Shown piece by piece: positions 11,151-22,199 of a DNA stretch of 64,000 nucleotides (the first letter of the stretch is position 1; each line of letters opens with the position of its first letter). The notes under the pieces were generated by a model. It was not told the origin of the DNA and searched no databases. It saw nothing but the letters and a program-made list of their open reading frames with translations. The translations under genes and the position numbers were made by a program. The stretch is from Sphyrna mokarran. Taxonomy: Eukaryota. Where the stretch lies: contig JAGIQG010000040.1 in NCBI GenBank assembly GCA_024679065.1, positions 5,766,001-5,830,000 on the forward strand, given 5' to 3'.

Positions 11151-11456
11151 CCTGTTTCTCCACATCATATTTTAAAGGTCACAGTCACTTCCGTGTGAAA
11201 TGTCCTCATTGTGTATGCACTTTCTCTGAAACAGCAAAATTGAATACTTGACAGGCACGGAAACTGGATCAAAAGACAATTGTTAAACAAAAGAGTTCAG
11301 ATATAAGAAGATCAGCGAGCTCAACTGCTTTGACGTTAAGTAATATAATTCGTCAAATGTTCCTTTCCTACTATTGAGGTTGTTTTCTGCCCTGATGTTG
11401 TAGGAAGGCACGTGTGATTCTGTCAGTGGAGAGTGAATTTGTTTATCGGTGTGAGA

Positions 11457-11471
11457 GCGCCCTCTGGTGGC
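11457..11471 (-). promoter_or_regulatory. Consensus CTCF motif 23 bp downstream of V6 RSS
   Basis: Minus strand GCCACCAGAGGGCGC matches the CTCF core, preceded by TGGGAGTTCC (upstream-module-like). The mirror copy at 53183-53196 carries two core substitutions. Confidence 0.65.
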
Positions 11472-11494
11472 AGCTTACTGGAACTCCCAGTCTG

Positions 11495-11794
11495 GGGTTT
11501 TGTTCGGGAATCGCTCGATCTCAACAGCAGTGGTGCAGAAATACACAGCGTTGTCAGAGGGAAAATTACTTAAAAGAGCAGTTTTGTTTCCTTTGTGCAA
11601 ACAGTAGAAAATCTAGTAACTCTTGAGATAAATATCTGCTCTGCATTCTTATTGAGTATGAAGGATCTGGATCTACCAGAACAGGGTTGGTTCACGATAG
11701 ATTGTTGACTAACCACCGTCCGGTATTGTGCTCTATCCTTCCTAAATTGTTAATTCAGAAGGAGCCTGGGACAACGAATCATCGCTATTATTTC
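11495..11794 (-). pseudogene. TCR V pseudogene V6-A with RSS
   Basis: Acceptor gttacAG; GNNSDDSLSQAPSELTI*EG*...PTLFW*IQ...HKGNKTALL...SDNAVYFC; CACTGCT (11532-11526) + 22 + ACAAAACCC. Multiple stops. Confidence 0.8.
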
Positions 11795-12779
11795 CTGTAA
11801 CACAAATCCAGAGTGCTCCAAAAATCAGAAATTAAACACAATAATAATACACTGACTGCACAGAGACTCAATACACAGCAAGAACATTACAATCAGTGCG
11901 GAACAAGGAGAATATTCCTTTCGAGTTCGGCAGAAAATATAGGTTATCCTCGATATGTCGATTCTTTCAAACTAATATAAAGTGTAACCCAGATCAGGAA
12001 CTAGCTTCATTACTCAGAAACTGAGGTTGCTTTTCAGGGCAGTCTGCCTGTACTATTCGAAGTGGCGCACCGATAAATGAGAGTCAGGGAGAATTATTTA
12101 GTCTGATTGTTTCTCTTTCTCTTGCTGACATCTTCAGGGTTCCACCCTCTTTCTTCTGGTCTCTGTCTCTATCGTCCTGCCCTTCTTTTCGAAGTGCCAT
12201 GAAAATACAGAGATTAGAAAATCTAACTTGTCTGAGAATCTCATTTCAAAAATTCCCCATTAAAAAACTCTGTTAATAGTAGCAAAAATATTTCCACATT
12301 TCACAGGTAAGTTTGAAAATGTAACGGTTGGAACAAAATGCTTAGTTTAGGGAGGAATGGGGCAAAATATTTTCCCTCTGCGTGCAGCACAACAACAGTT
12401 GCACTCTGCAAAGTTTCATGCTGATGTGAATACGTTTCATTCATTCTTTATGGCGTCATATTGGATAAATAGAATTAACTATCAAGAATTAAAACAAGGA
12501 TAACATTTATCCATTCTTTATAGTTATCTGAAATGAAGCGTGTGTTATTCGGCAGAATTCTGTAATTCCTTGTTCGAGGTGGCAAAATGCTTTTACTAAA
12601 ATCATTTATTTTGCACGGATTAACGCAAACGGAGATTGATTTCAATAAAAAATGGAAAAACATTAATCTGTCAGGTTTTTTTGCCCACTAATATTATGTC
12701 GCCCAGATATCATGATCAATTTAATTTCCAAATAACTTGATACATCAAAAGACAGCACCTTCACCTACTACAAGTTTGG

Positions 12780-13090
12780 ATGGAGTTAACATGTGATAAA
12801 TACACTAAGTGGTATACATTAATCCCAAACTGCAATTTCCAAACTATATCTCCCATAGGTAATGGGGAACAAATTTCGCAGAGGGTAGATGGTGACAAAA
12901 GGGCAAATGCGCTGTCAGACTTCCTGCTGCAAATTTCCATCCCTGGCAATGTTGTTCAATATTCATACTTTAGCAACTGGCTCCCAGGTCCACTTGGATC
13001 CGACAGGTCCAGCCGGCGACTGACTGAATTTCTCTGTGACACACAACGGGCAGCGCTTGTAGTAAATGAAAGCCACCAGCAGATGGTGAC
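12780..13090 (+). pseudogene. Possible decayed V relic followed by CTCF-like motif (13076-13090)
   Basis: ELTC...KWY...SQRVDGDKRANALSDFLLQIS; degenerate nonamer-like ACACAACGG, then TGTAGTAAA-6nt-CCACCAGCAGATGGTGAC. Mirror at about 51540-51850. Confidence 0.3.
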
Positions 13091-13639
13091 ATTGTATTAT
13101 TTTTAGTGACAAGATAGTGACACACAGACTGTAACTCACAGGTGGAGTTTCTTAACATCAACTTGAATGGAACAATGCCGTTCCAACATTACCGCCACCA
13201 AAGGAAACTAGGAAACTGCCATAAATACTTTACTGGGCAAGATCGGTAAAATTATTTTTTAAATGTTTTATTTCGGGGACATTTGTGGGGTTTTCTTCCC
13301 CAGTAGCCCAGAGTGAGGCAGAATTGCTATCAGTTTCACCCTGCGTGAGCTGACCATTATTTGGAGAAGTTCGTGATCAAAAATACCATTCCAATAACTC
13401 TCCTAGCCAAGACAAGTTGTGTCCAGGGCAAGACTTCTTTGAGGTAAAGATACAAAAAAAAACCTCGTGTTTCAACTATGATAAGTGAGTTATACACTTT
13501 GGCTCAGAAACGTGGGGGAGAATGTTCATTTTTCATTCTTGAAATGGCGACCATGGCGTATTTTAACTTTGCATCAGAGCGCTCGATCTAGATGAAGGTT
13601 AAGTATTTTATCCAGGGAAGCAGCACCTCGGGTAGATAT

Positions 13640-15240
13640 GATTTGATATGTTTTTGTCACATGTAGTATGTAGTGAGACGTATTGTTGCTTGGGCTGTAC
13701 AGAAAAGGCGTATCGGACATAGAGAAAGATAGGGACGAGTGCACAATCTAGTGTTACAGTCACAGCTAAGGTGTCGAGAAAGATGAACTTTGTGCGAGGG
13801 AGGTCCATTCAAATGGCAGCAGGGAAGAATCTGTTCTTTCAGCCGGTTGGTATGTGATCTCAGAATCTGTATTTTTTTTTTCCCGACGGAAGATGCGTGG
13901 GATCCTTAATTATTCTGATTACTTTGCCGAGGCAGCGGCAAGTATAGACAGAGTCAATGGATAGGAGGCTGGTATAAAGAACAAAGAACAACATAGCAAG
14001 GGAAACAGGCCCTTCAGCCCAACGAGCCCGCGCCGCCGTTTTAACTGTTCCCACTTGTACCCAAGACCCTTGTTTATGTTTATGGAAATCCACATTGGAA
14101 ACCAGATTGGAGAGACAATTTAGGGATAATTTGTTTCACCAATCAACCTGATGGACTGTACTACATTCTCGACCCTTTGTAGTTTCTTGTGATCTTTGGC
14201 AGAACAGGAGCCATACCAAGCTGTGATACAACCAGAGAGAATAATCTCTGTGGTGTATCTATAAAAATTGGTGAGAGTCGTAACTGACATGCCAAATGTT
14301 CTAACATTTCTGAGACAGTGAAGTCGTTGGTGGACTGTCTTAAGTATACTGTCAGCATGAGGGAACCAGGACAGGTTGTTGGTGATCTGGAAAGCAAAAC
14401 CAAATGAAGTACTCGATCCTTTCTACTTCGTCCCTTTTGATGTAGGCAGGGGCATGTTCTCCTCTACGCTTCTTGAAGTCGATGACAATCTCCTTCGTTT
14501 TATTGACATTGAGAGAGAGATTATTATCGCCACACCAGCTCACCAGAATCTTTATCTCATTCCTGTACTCTGTCTCATAAGTGCCTGAGATCAAATCCAC
14601 TGCGGTGGTGTCGTCAGCAAAGTGGAAAAACTAATTGGAAGGGAATTTGGTCACACAGTCATAGATCTATAAGAAGTGTAGTCGGGGGCCGAGAACGCAA
14701 CCCTGTCAGGTATCGGTGTTGAAGATGAACATGGAGGAGGTGCTGTTGCCTATCCTTACAGATTGCATTTTGCAGATTTGGAAGTTCGCAGAGGGAAAAG
14801 ACGATGCCCAGGCCACGGAGTTTGGAGATGATTTACGTGGGAATCATAGTGTTGAGGGCTGAGCTTTTGTCAATGAATAGGATTCTGACATAGGTATCTT
14901 TGTTACCCCAGTGTTACAGGGTTGAGTCCAGGACCAGGGGGATGGTGTCTACTGAGGACCTAATGCCGCGGTAGAGGAACTTTAGAGGAACCAGACAGTC
15001 TGGGAGGTTGCAATTGATTTACGCCATGACTAGCCTTTCAAAGCACTTCATAATGATGGATGTCAGAGCCACTGAATGATTATCAAGAAGGCGCGCTGCT
15101 TGGTTTTTCTTTGGTACTGGAATGATGGTTGTCTTCTTGAAGCAGATAGGGACTTCAAATCGCTGTAAAGAGAGATTGAAGTTGTCTGCGAATATCCCTG
15201 TCAACATGATCTGAGTGCTCATTTGGGTACACCATCTGAG
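13640..15240 (-). mobile_element. Degenerate Rex1/Babar-type non-LTR retrotransposon with nested SINE (about 13975-14150)
   Basis: FADNFNLSLQ..VP.CFKKTTIIPVPKK..VALTSIIMKCFERLV and WC.DNNLSLNVNKTKEIVIDF motifs. Mirror at about 49390-50990 (+). Confidence 0.75.
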
Positions 15241-15579
15241 CTCATCATCTCCGTGTGTTGAACTTCGAGAAAGGTGCTTCAACACCTGCAAAGACGGCCT
15301 CAATTACATGTTCACCCATTCTAGGGTGGGGGAAACGCATCGGTTTTGTAATGTAGTGATTACCTCAGTTACCTAACGAAAGATTCCCGGTTGGAATGCG
15401 GGAAACATACCATTAAACTCAGAGAGGAAAAGAACAATAATTCATGTTTATTGTTGAATATTAACTAAGCACTGCATCTTACACTGTGTTACATTTACCC
15501 TTTCCCTTCACAATTCTACATTCACTGAAACTCTACAGAACATTTTTCGCTGACTCTCCTTCCAGCTGTGACGGTTCAG

Positions 15580-17050
15580 ATACAGAAGAGTTTGCAGAGC
15601 CTCTGGCGATGATCTTTGCGTCATCAATGTAGACAGGAGAGGTTCCGGAGATTTAGAGGGTTGCGGATGTGCTTCCTATACTCAAGAAAGGGAAATTATC
15701 GACTGGTGAGTCTAACCTCAGTGGTTGGCAAGTTGATGGAAACAATCCCGAGAAACAGGATTTATGAACATTTAGAGAAGCATAGTATGATCAAGAGTAG
15801 ACAGCACGGCTTTGTCAAAGGTAGATCGAGTCTGGTTGAGATTTTTGAAAATGCGACTAAACACATTGACAAAGGAAGAGCGGCAGATGTGGTTTATATG
15901 GACTTTGGCAAGAAGTTCGATAAGGTCCCCCATGCAAGACTTATTGAGGAAGTGAAGTTGCATGGGATCCAAGGGGACGTTGTTTTGTGGATCCAGAACT
16001 GGCTTGTCTGCAGAAGGCAGAGAATGGTTGTAGATGAGTTTTTTTCTGCTTGGAGGTCACCAGTGGAGTTTCCCAGGGACCTATTCTTGGATCCTTGCTG
16101 TTTGTGATTTTTCATATATGACGTGGATGAGGAAGTGGAAGGACGGGTTGGTAAATTTGCCGACAACATGAAGGTTGGTGGTGTTGTGGATAGTTTGGAG
16201 GGATGTCAGAAGTTGCAGCATGACAAAGATAGGATGTAAAACTGAGCAGAGAAGTGGCAAATGGACTTCAACCCAAATAACTATATGGTGGCCCATTTTG
16301 GTAGACCAAATGGGATGAAGGAGTACAATATCAAAAGTAAGACTCGTAGCAGTGTAGAGGATCAGACGGGTCTTGAGGTCTGGGTCCATCGGACTCTTAA
16401 TTCGGCCTCGCAGGTAGAGGATGTGGTTAAGAAGGCGTATGGTGTACTGGCCTTCATCGATCGAGGGACTGAGTTTAGGAGTCGGGAGATAATGCTGCAG
16501 CTTTATAAGACTCTAGTCAGACACCACTTCGAGTACTGTGCTTAGTTCTGGTCGCCTCATTACAGGAGGGATATGGAAACTATTGCAGAGAAAATTTACA
16601 AGATGTGGCCTGAATTGGGTGGCATGCCTTATGAGGATAGATTGAGGGAGCTAGGTCTTTTCTCTCTTGAGAGATGAAGGATGAAAGGTGACCTGATAGA
16701 GATGTATAAGATGTTGAGATGTATTGATTGGGTGGATTCGCAGAGGCTTTTTCACAAGGCTGAAATGGTTGCTATGAGAGGACACAGATTTAAGGTGCTG
16801 GGGAGTAGGTACAAAGGAGATGTCAGAGGTAAGTTTTTCACTCAGAAAGTGGTGGGTGAATGGAATCGGCTGCCATTGGTGGTGTTGGAGGCAAATTCGA
16901 TACGGTCTTTTAAGAGACTTCTGGATGAGTACATGGGACTTAATAGGATTGAGAGTTATAGGTAAGCCTAGTAGGTAGCGATATGATCGGCGCAAATGGT
17001 AGACTGAAGGGGCTGTTTGTGCTATAGTTTTTCTATGTTCTATGTTATCT
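15580..17050 (+). mobile_element. Degenerate CR1-clade LINE (RT to 3' tail)
   Basis: GNYRLVSLTSVVGK, QHGFVKGRS, DVVYMDF.K.FDKVPH and LYKTLVR.H.EYC motifs; tail ttctatgttctatg. Mirror at about 47580-49045 (-). Confidence 0.88.
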
Positions 17051-17329
17051 ATGAAATTAACATCCAACGTATCTGACATAAGATAGTCATGTTATTTTGT
17101 CAATACCATGGATGGGATTCAGTCTTTGCATAGTTTTACAATTATTTTTTTCAATAAGCAGAGGAGGTGTTCAATGTTCACACAAACACCCTGCAGCCAT
17201 TCCTGTCAGTGTTTGGCTGTGCATTCTCAACTATTTGGGTTGTCTCTGTCCGTTTTTAAAATACTAAACTTAGTTCACTTGTGAAGTTGAAATATTGCTG
17301 AATACAATACCAGCCTTATTCTCCATTTT

Positions 17330-17885
17330 CGCGGCTTTGTCTCCACTTCTCTCTCACACTAAAGGTCGCTTCCTTCCCCTACCCCCTGCCATCTTTCTGT
17401 CTCTCTCTTCTCCGTATCTATTTTTTCCCACTACCTCTGCCACTTCTCTCCTTATGTCCATGGTTTCTCTGTCCCTTCTTTCCATGTGCCATTATCTCTC
17501 TCAACCCCTCTCTCTCTGTCACTCTCACTCTACATGCTGTCTGCTCCATTGCTTTCACTGCCCCACCTTCTCTCTCTACGTCTCTGACTGCCCCACGCTG
17601 TCAGTGCATCTGTCTCTTTCTCTATCTCTCTGCTCACTCTCCCTCTGCTCCCCTCTCTCTGTCTCCTCACTCTCTGCGCCCTCTTTCTCTCACTGCATCC
17701 TCTCTCTATTTGCTTCCTTCTCTGCCCCCTTTCTCGCTCCCTGCAACCCTCTCTGTCCTACCTCACACTTCTTTCGCACTGCATGTCTCGATCTACCTCA
17801 CTCTCTCCCCTTCTTTTTCTCTCTCTGGGTGTCTGACCCTGATGTTTTATTTCTATTCTAGATATCTCTCCCTCCCTTCCTCTCG
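17330..17885. repeat. CT-rich low-complexity tract
   Basis: Degenerate (CT)n sequence. Mirror GA-rich tract at 46745-47300; diverged paralog at 31540-31860. Confidence 0.85.
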
Positions 17886-18835
17886 CTGAGACTGATTGTG
17901 GAGCTTAATAACACTTCTGTTCCTCTTCAATCCCCTATCCCATTTTGACTCCAAATTGACAATGCGACATTTAACTCTTAACCTCAGGTGTTTATGTACG
18001 TGGCCTCTGTGACCTCACTTCCTTTTGGTTACCTCATGCCCTCAATGTGACCTCAATTTTTCAGGCCTTCTCCACCGGTGCACTGTAGGAATTGAAGAAC
18101 CACTTTGCAAGAGAGTGATGTTTGAATGATTGCTGTCCAATCAGCGTAAAACAGCAGGAGAATGAGCATTTGGAAGGGTGAATCGATGAAGTGATATTAT
18201 TGTTTTGCTGTTAAGTCAGAGCAAGGTAGTTGGATATTGGACAGTTGACCTAGCCAATGGGAGGGTCCAAGTGACGTAATTTATATGGATTTTAGCAAAG
18301 CTTTTGACAAGGACCCACATGGCAGAACTGTTTGACAAACATGAAACACATAGAATTCAGGGAAACCTTGCAATGCAGATCCAAAACACGGCTTTGTAGT
18401 TGTGAACAAAATATCATCATAGAAGCTTGCTTGAATGGCCGGAAGTCAGGTCTACTGGCGTACCACAAAGATCATTGAAGAGACACTTATTGTCTGTATT
18501 CAATGAAAATGATAGGATGATAATGTAGAGGAATGATAACCAATGTTGGTCGGGTGGTTAAGAATAAAGAAAAAAGGTTGTAGTTGTCAGGACAGTGTAG
18601 ATGGGTTGGCCAAGTGGGAGACAGTGGCAGATGTTATTTAACCCTGATAATTGCGAGCTGATGCACTTTAGGAGAATTAACAAGACAAGGGAGAATTTAG
18701 TGAATAGCAAGACACAAGGAGGCTCAGAAGAACAGAGGGATTTTTTGGTTAATTATGTTACTTGGAAGGCAGCAGATCAGATGAATATGGTATTTAGGAA
18801 CTCATATGGACACTTAGTTTCAGCAATTGTGGCAT

Positions 18836-19141
18836 AAAGAACAAGAACAAAGAACAAAGAACAAAGAACAAAACAGCACGGGAAACAGGCCCTTCGGCCC
18901 AACGAGCCCGCGCCGCCACCCTGATGTTCCCACCTCTACTCGTGATCCCTGTCTATGTTTATAGATCTATGGATTAAAAACCAAATTTGAGACAATTTAG
19001 GTAGAATTTGTTTTGCCAATTAGCCTAAGAGCAGATCTTTGGGATGTGGAAGGAAACCGGTGCACCCGGAGAAAACCCACGCAAGCACGGGGAGAATGCA
19101 CAAACTCCCACAGAAACAGGCCCAAATCCATGTATCTGCGC
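18836..19141 (-). mobile_element. HE1-like SINE (same family as 9766-10051)
   Basis: (AAAGAAC)n tail and the same body sequence. Mirror at about 45500-45792. Confidence 0.85.
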
Positions 19142-19206
19142 AGCTCAGCGATAGTCACTGAGCTGTCGTGTTGCCCATCAAATGGTCCAGGTCAAGTGTA
19201 CACTAA

Positions 19207-19846
19207 TAGAACATAGAACATAGAACATTACAGCGCAGAACAGGCCCTTCGGCCTTCGATGTTGCGCCAACCAGTTAGGAAAAAGCAATGACCCTCCAAA
19301 CTAAACCATTCCCTTTTCGTCCATAAACTTATCTACTAACCTCTTAAATGCCACCAAATTTGGCGCATCTACAACTGCCTCAGGCAGGGCATTCCATACC
19401 CTAACCACCGTCTGGGTAAAGAACCTACCTCTGATATCCGTCCTATAACTACCACCCCTTAATTTAAAGCTATGTCCCCTCGTGCTAGCTTTCTCCATCC
19501 TAGGAAAAAGGCTATCACTGGCCGCCCTATCTAAACCTCTAATCATCTTATATGTTTCAATAAGGTCTCCTCGTAGCCGCCTTCTTTCTAACGAAAACAA
19601 CCTCAAATCCCTCAGCCTCTCTTCATAAGACCTGCCCTCCATACCAGGCAACATCCTGGTAAACCTCCTCTGTACCCTCTCCAATGCCTCCACATCTTTC
19701 TTATAATGTGGGGACCAGAACTGCACACAATACTCCAAGTGCGGCCGCACTAGAGTTTTGTACAGTTGCAACATGACGTTGCGGCTCCGAAATTCAATCC
19801 CCCTACCAATAAAAGCTAAGACTCCTTATGCCTTCTTAACAACCTT
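19207..19846 (-). mobile_element. 5'-truncated CR1 LINE, same young subfamily as the V4-A insertion
   Basis: ORF 19301-19774 is nearly identical in protein to ORF 8173-8601; (TAGAACA)n tail. Mirror at about 44796-45434. Confidence 0.9.
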
Positions 19847-20029
19847 AACGACGTGAAGCACTAGGATACTCTCGAAAAAGATCCAAGAGCAGTCGTCTCA
19901 CGACCCATCACGTGTATGCCCCTCGTTGGACAGCAAGGTGGACCAATGCACCTGTAGGATAAAAACAAGTACATCAATATCATCTTTTTACACACTTCCC
20001 AGGGACTCCAAAGGCTCATGATCCCTAGT

Positions 20030-21512
20030 TTAAATCAGTTTTCTGTACCCCTCCATTCCTATTCTGTTCATGTGCCCATCTAAGTATTTCTTAAATAACT
20101 CCAGAGTACCTACCTCCATAACTTTACTTGGCAGTGCATTCTATACCCCCAAAACCCTCTGTGTGAAAAAACTCCATCTAGTACCCAAATTATACCTTAC
20201 CCCCCTCACCCTAAGCCCGTGAGCCCTCGTGGTATTTGAGTCCATCCTAGAAAAAAGCTTAACCCTGTTTCCTTTATCTATCCCCTTCATAATCTTGTAC
20301 ACCTCTATCAGATCTCCTCTAAGTCTACGTCTTTTCAAGGAAAACAGTCCCAATTTGCCTAATCTCTCCTCGGAACTCAGACCTTCCATACCAGGCAGCA
20401 TCTTGGTAAACCTCCTCTGCACTCTCTCCAGAGTCTCCACGTTCTTCTGGTAGTAAGGCGACCAGAATTGGACACAGTATTCCAAATGAGGTCTAACCAG
20501 CGTTTTATACAACTACAACATTAAAGGCTAGCTCCTGTACTGTATACCCTTTCCTATAAAGGCTAGCATACTATATGCTTTCTTCACAACCTTCTCCACT
20601 TGCTCTGCCACCTTCAGAGACTTGTTCACCTGCACCCCAAGGTCCCTCTGCGTTTCTATACTCTTAATAGGTCTACCCTTTATCATATACCTCCCCACTA
20701 CATTCTTTCTCCCGAAATGCATCACCTCACATTTATCAGGATTGAATTCCGTCTGCCATCTACCTGCTCCAGCTACCAGCCTATCTATGTCCTGCTGCAT
20801 CGCCTGACAATGCTCCTCACTATCTGCAAGTCCAGCCATCTTAGTATCGTCTGCAAACTTGCTGATCACTCCACTTACTCCCTCTTCCAAGTCATTTATA
20901 TATATTACAAATAAAAGTGGTCCCAGTACCAAGCCCTGTGGCACACCACTAGTGACCGATCTCCAGCTAGAGAAACACCCTTCCACGATTACTCTTTGTC
21001 TCCTATTACCAAGCCAGTTACTTACCCATCTAACTACCTGTCCTTGTATCCCATTAGCCTTGACCTTCTTGACTAACCTCCCACGAGGGACTTTGTTAAA
21101 TGCCTTAATAAAATCCATATAGACGACATCAATGGCTCAGCCTTTGTCCACCGTTTCCGTCACCTCCTCAAAAAAGTCTACCAGATTCGTAAGGCACGAC
21201 CTCCCCTTAACAAATCCATGCTGCATATCACTAATCAGATCACAACGCTCTAAGTGCCTATACATCCTATCTCTAAGAATCCCCTCCAACAACTTCCCTA
21301 CCACTGATGCCAAACTCACTGGCCTATAATTTCCAGGGTTATCCCTACTACCCTTTTTAAACAACGGTACAATATTAGCTATTCTCCAGTCCTCAGGGAC
21401 CTCACCTGTGTCCAAGGAAGAGACAAAGATTTACGTCAGAGGTCCATCAATTTCACCTCGCACCTTCCTAAGCAGCCTGGGATAAATGCCATCAGGACCC
21501 GGAGATTTATCA
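20030..21512 (-). mobile_element. CR1-clade LINE RT fragment
   Basis: VPEDWRIANIVPLFKKG, NYRPVSL, GVPQG.VLGP.LF..YINDL, KFADDTK, LVRPHLEYCVQFWSP. Mirror at about 43130-44610 (+). Confidence 0.92.
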
Positions 21513-22199
21513 GTTCATAATCATAAGGTAGAAGATCAAGTATGTAACGTTGGACTTGCACAGAACACTGGTTAGGTCACAGCTGGCATACTGCGTACAG
21601 TTCTGGCCACCTCACTATAGGAAGGATATGATTCCACTAGTAAAGAGGATATTCACTAAGAGTTCACCAAGCATTTGAGCAATAAAGGGAGACTAGATAG
21701 ATTTAGATTGTTATTTTGTTCTCGAACAGAGGTGGCCAAAGGGAAATGTTTGAGATACGTAAGATTATGAGTTGTATGGACATGTTGAATTGGAAGCAGT
21801 TATTCCCCTTGGTTGAGATCAATCACAAAGGGACATAGTTTTTGGGAACGGGGCAGGGGATTCAGAGGAGATTTTTTTAAAAAATACTCAATGTATGATG
21901 AGTATCTGGAATGCACTGCCTGCAAAGGTAATGGAGGTGGAAAACATTGCAACCTTTAAAAAGTATCTGGATGAGAACTTGAAGCATCACAACATTCAAA
22001 GATATGAGACAAGTGCTAGAACATATACGTAATGTGACTTGAGTGGTACTTATTGTGAGTGCAGACTTGATGGTCATAAGGACCTTTTCTGCACTGTGCA
22101 ACTCTATGAATCGATGGAGATCATGTTGTGTTTGTGCCCTCTCTTTTCAAGAAATGTGAAAGGAAATGAAAACAAAAATCTGGAAACTCTCAGTTTCCC

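Noticed and set aside
17295-17861. 188-202 aa Ser/Leu/Pro-rich ORFs (also 46741-47349 and 31501-31919)
   Set aside because: Artefacts of CT-rich low-complexity sequence that lacks stop codons.
18836-18875. Short tandem repeats (AAAGAAC)n and (TAGAACA)n as a CRISPR-like or satellite array
   Set aside because: They are the 3' microsatellite tails of SINE and CR1 elements in a eukaryotic genome, with no spacers.
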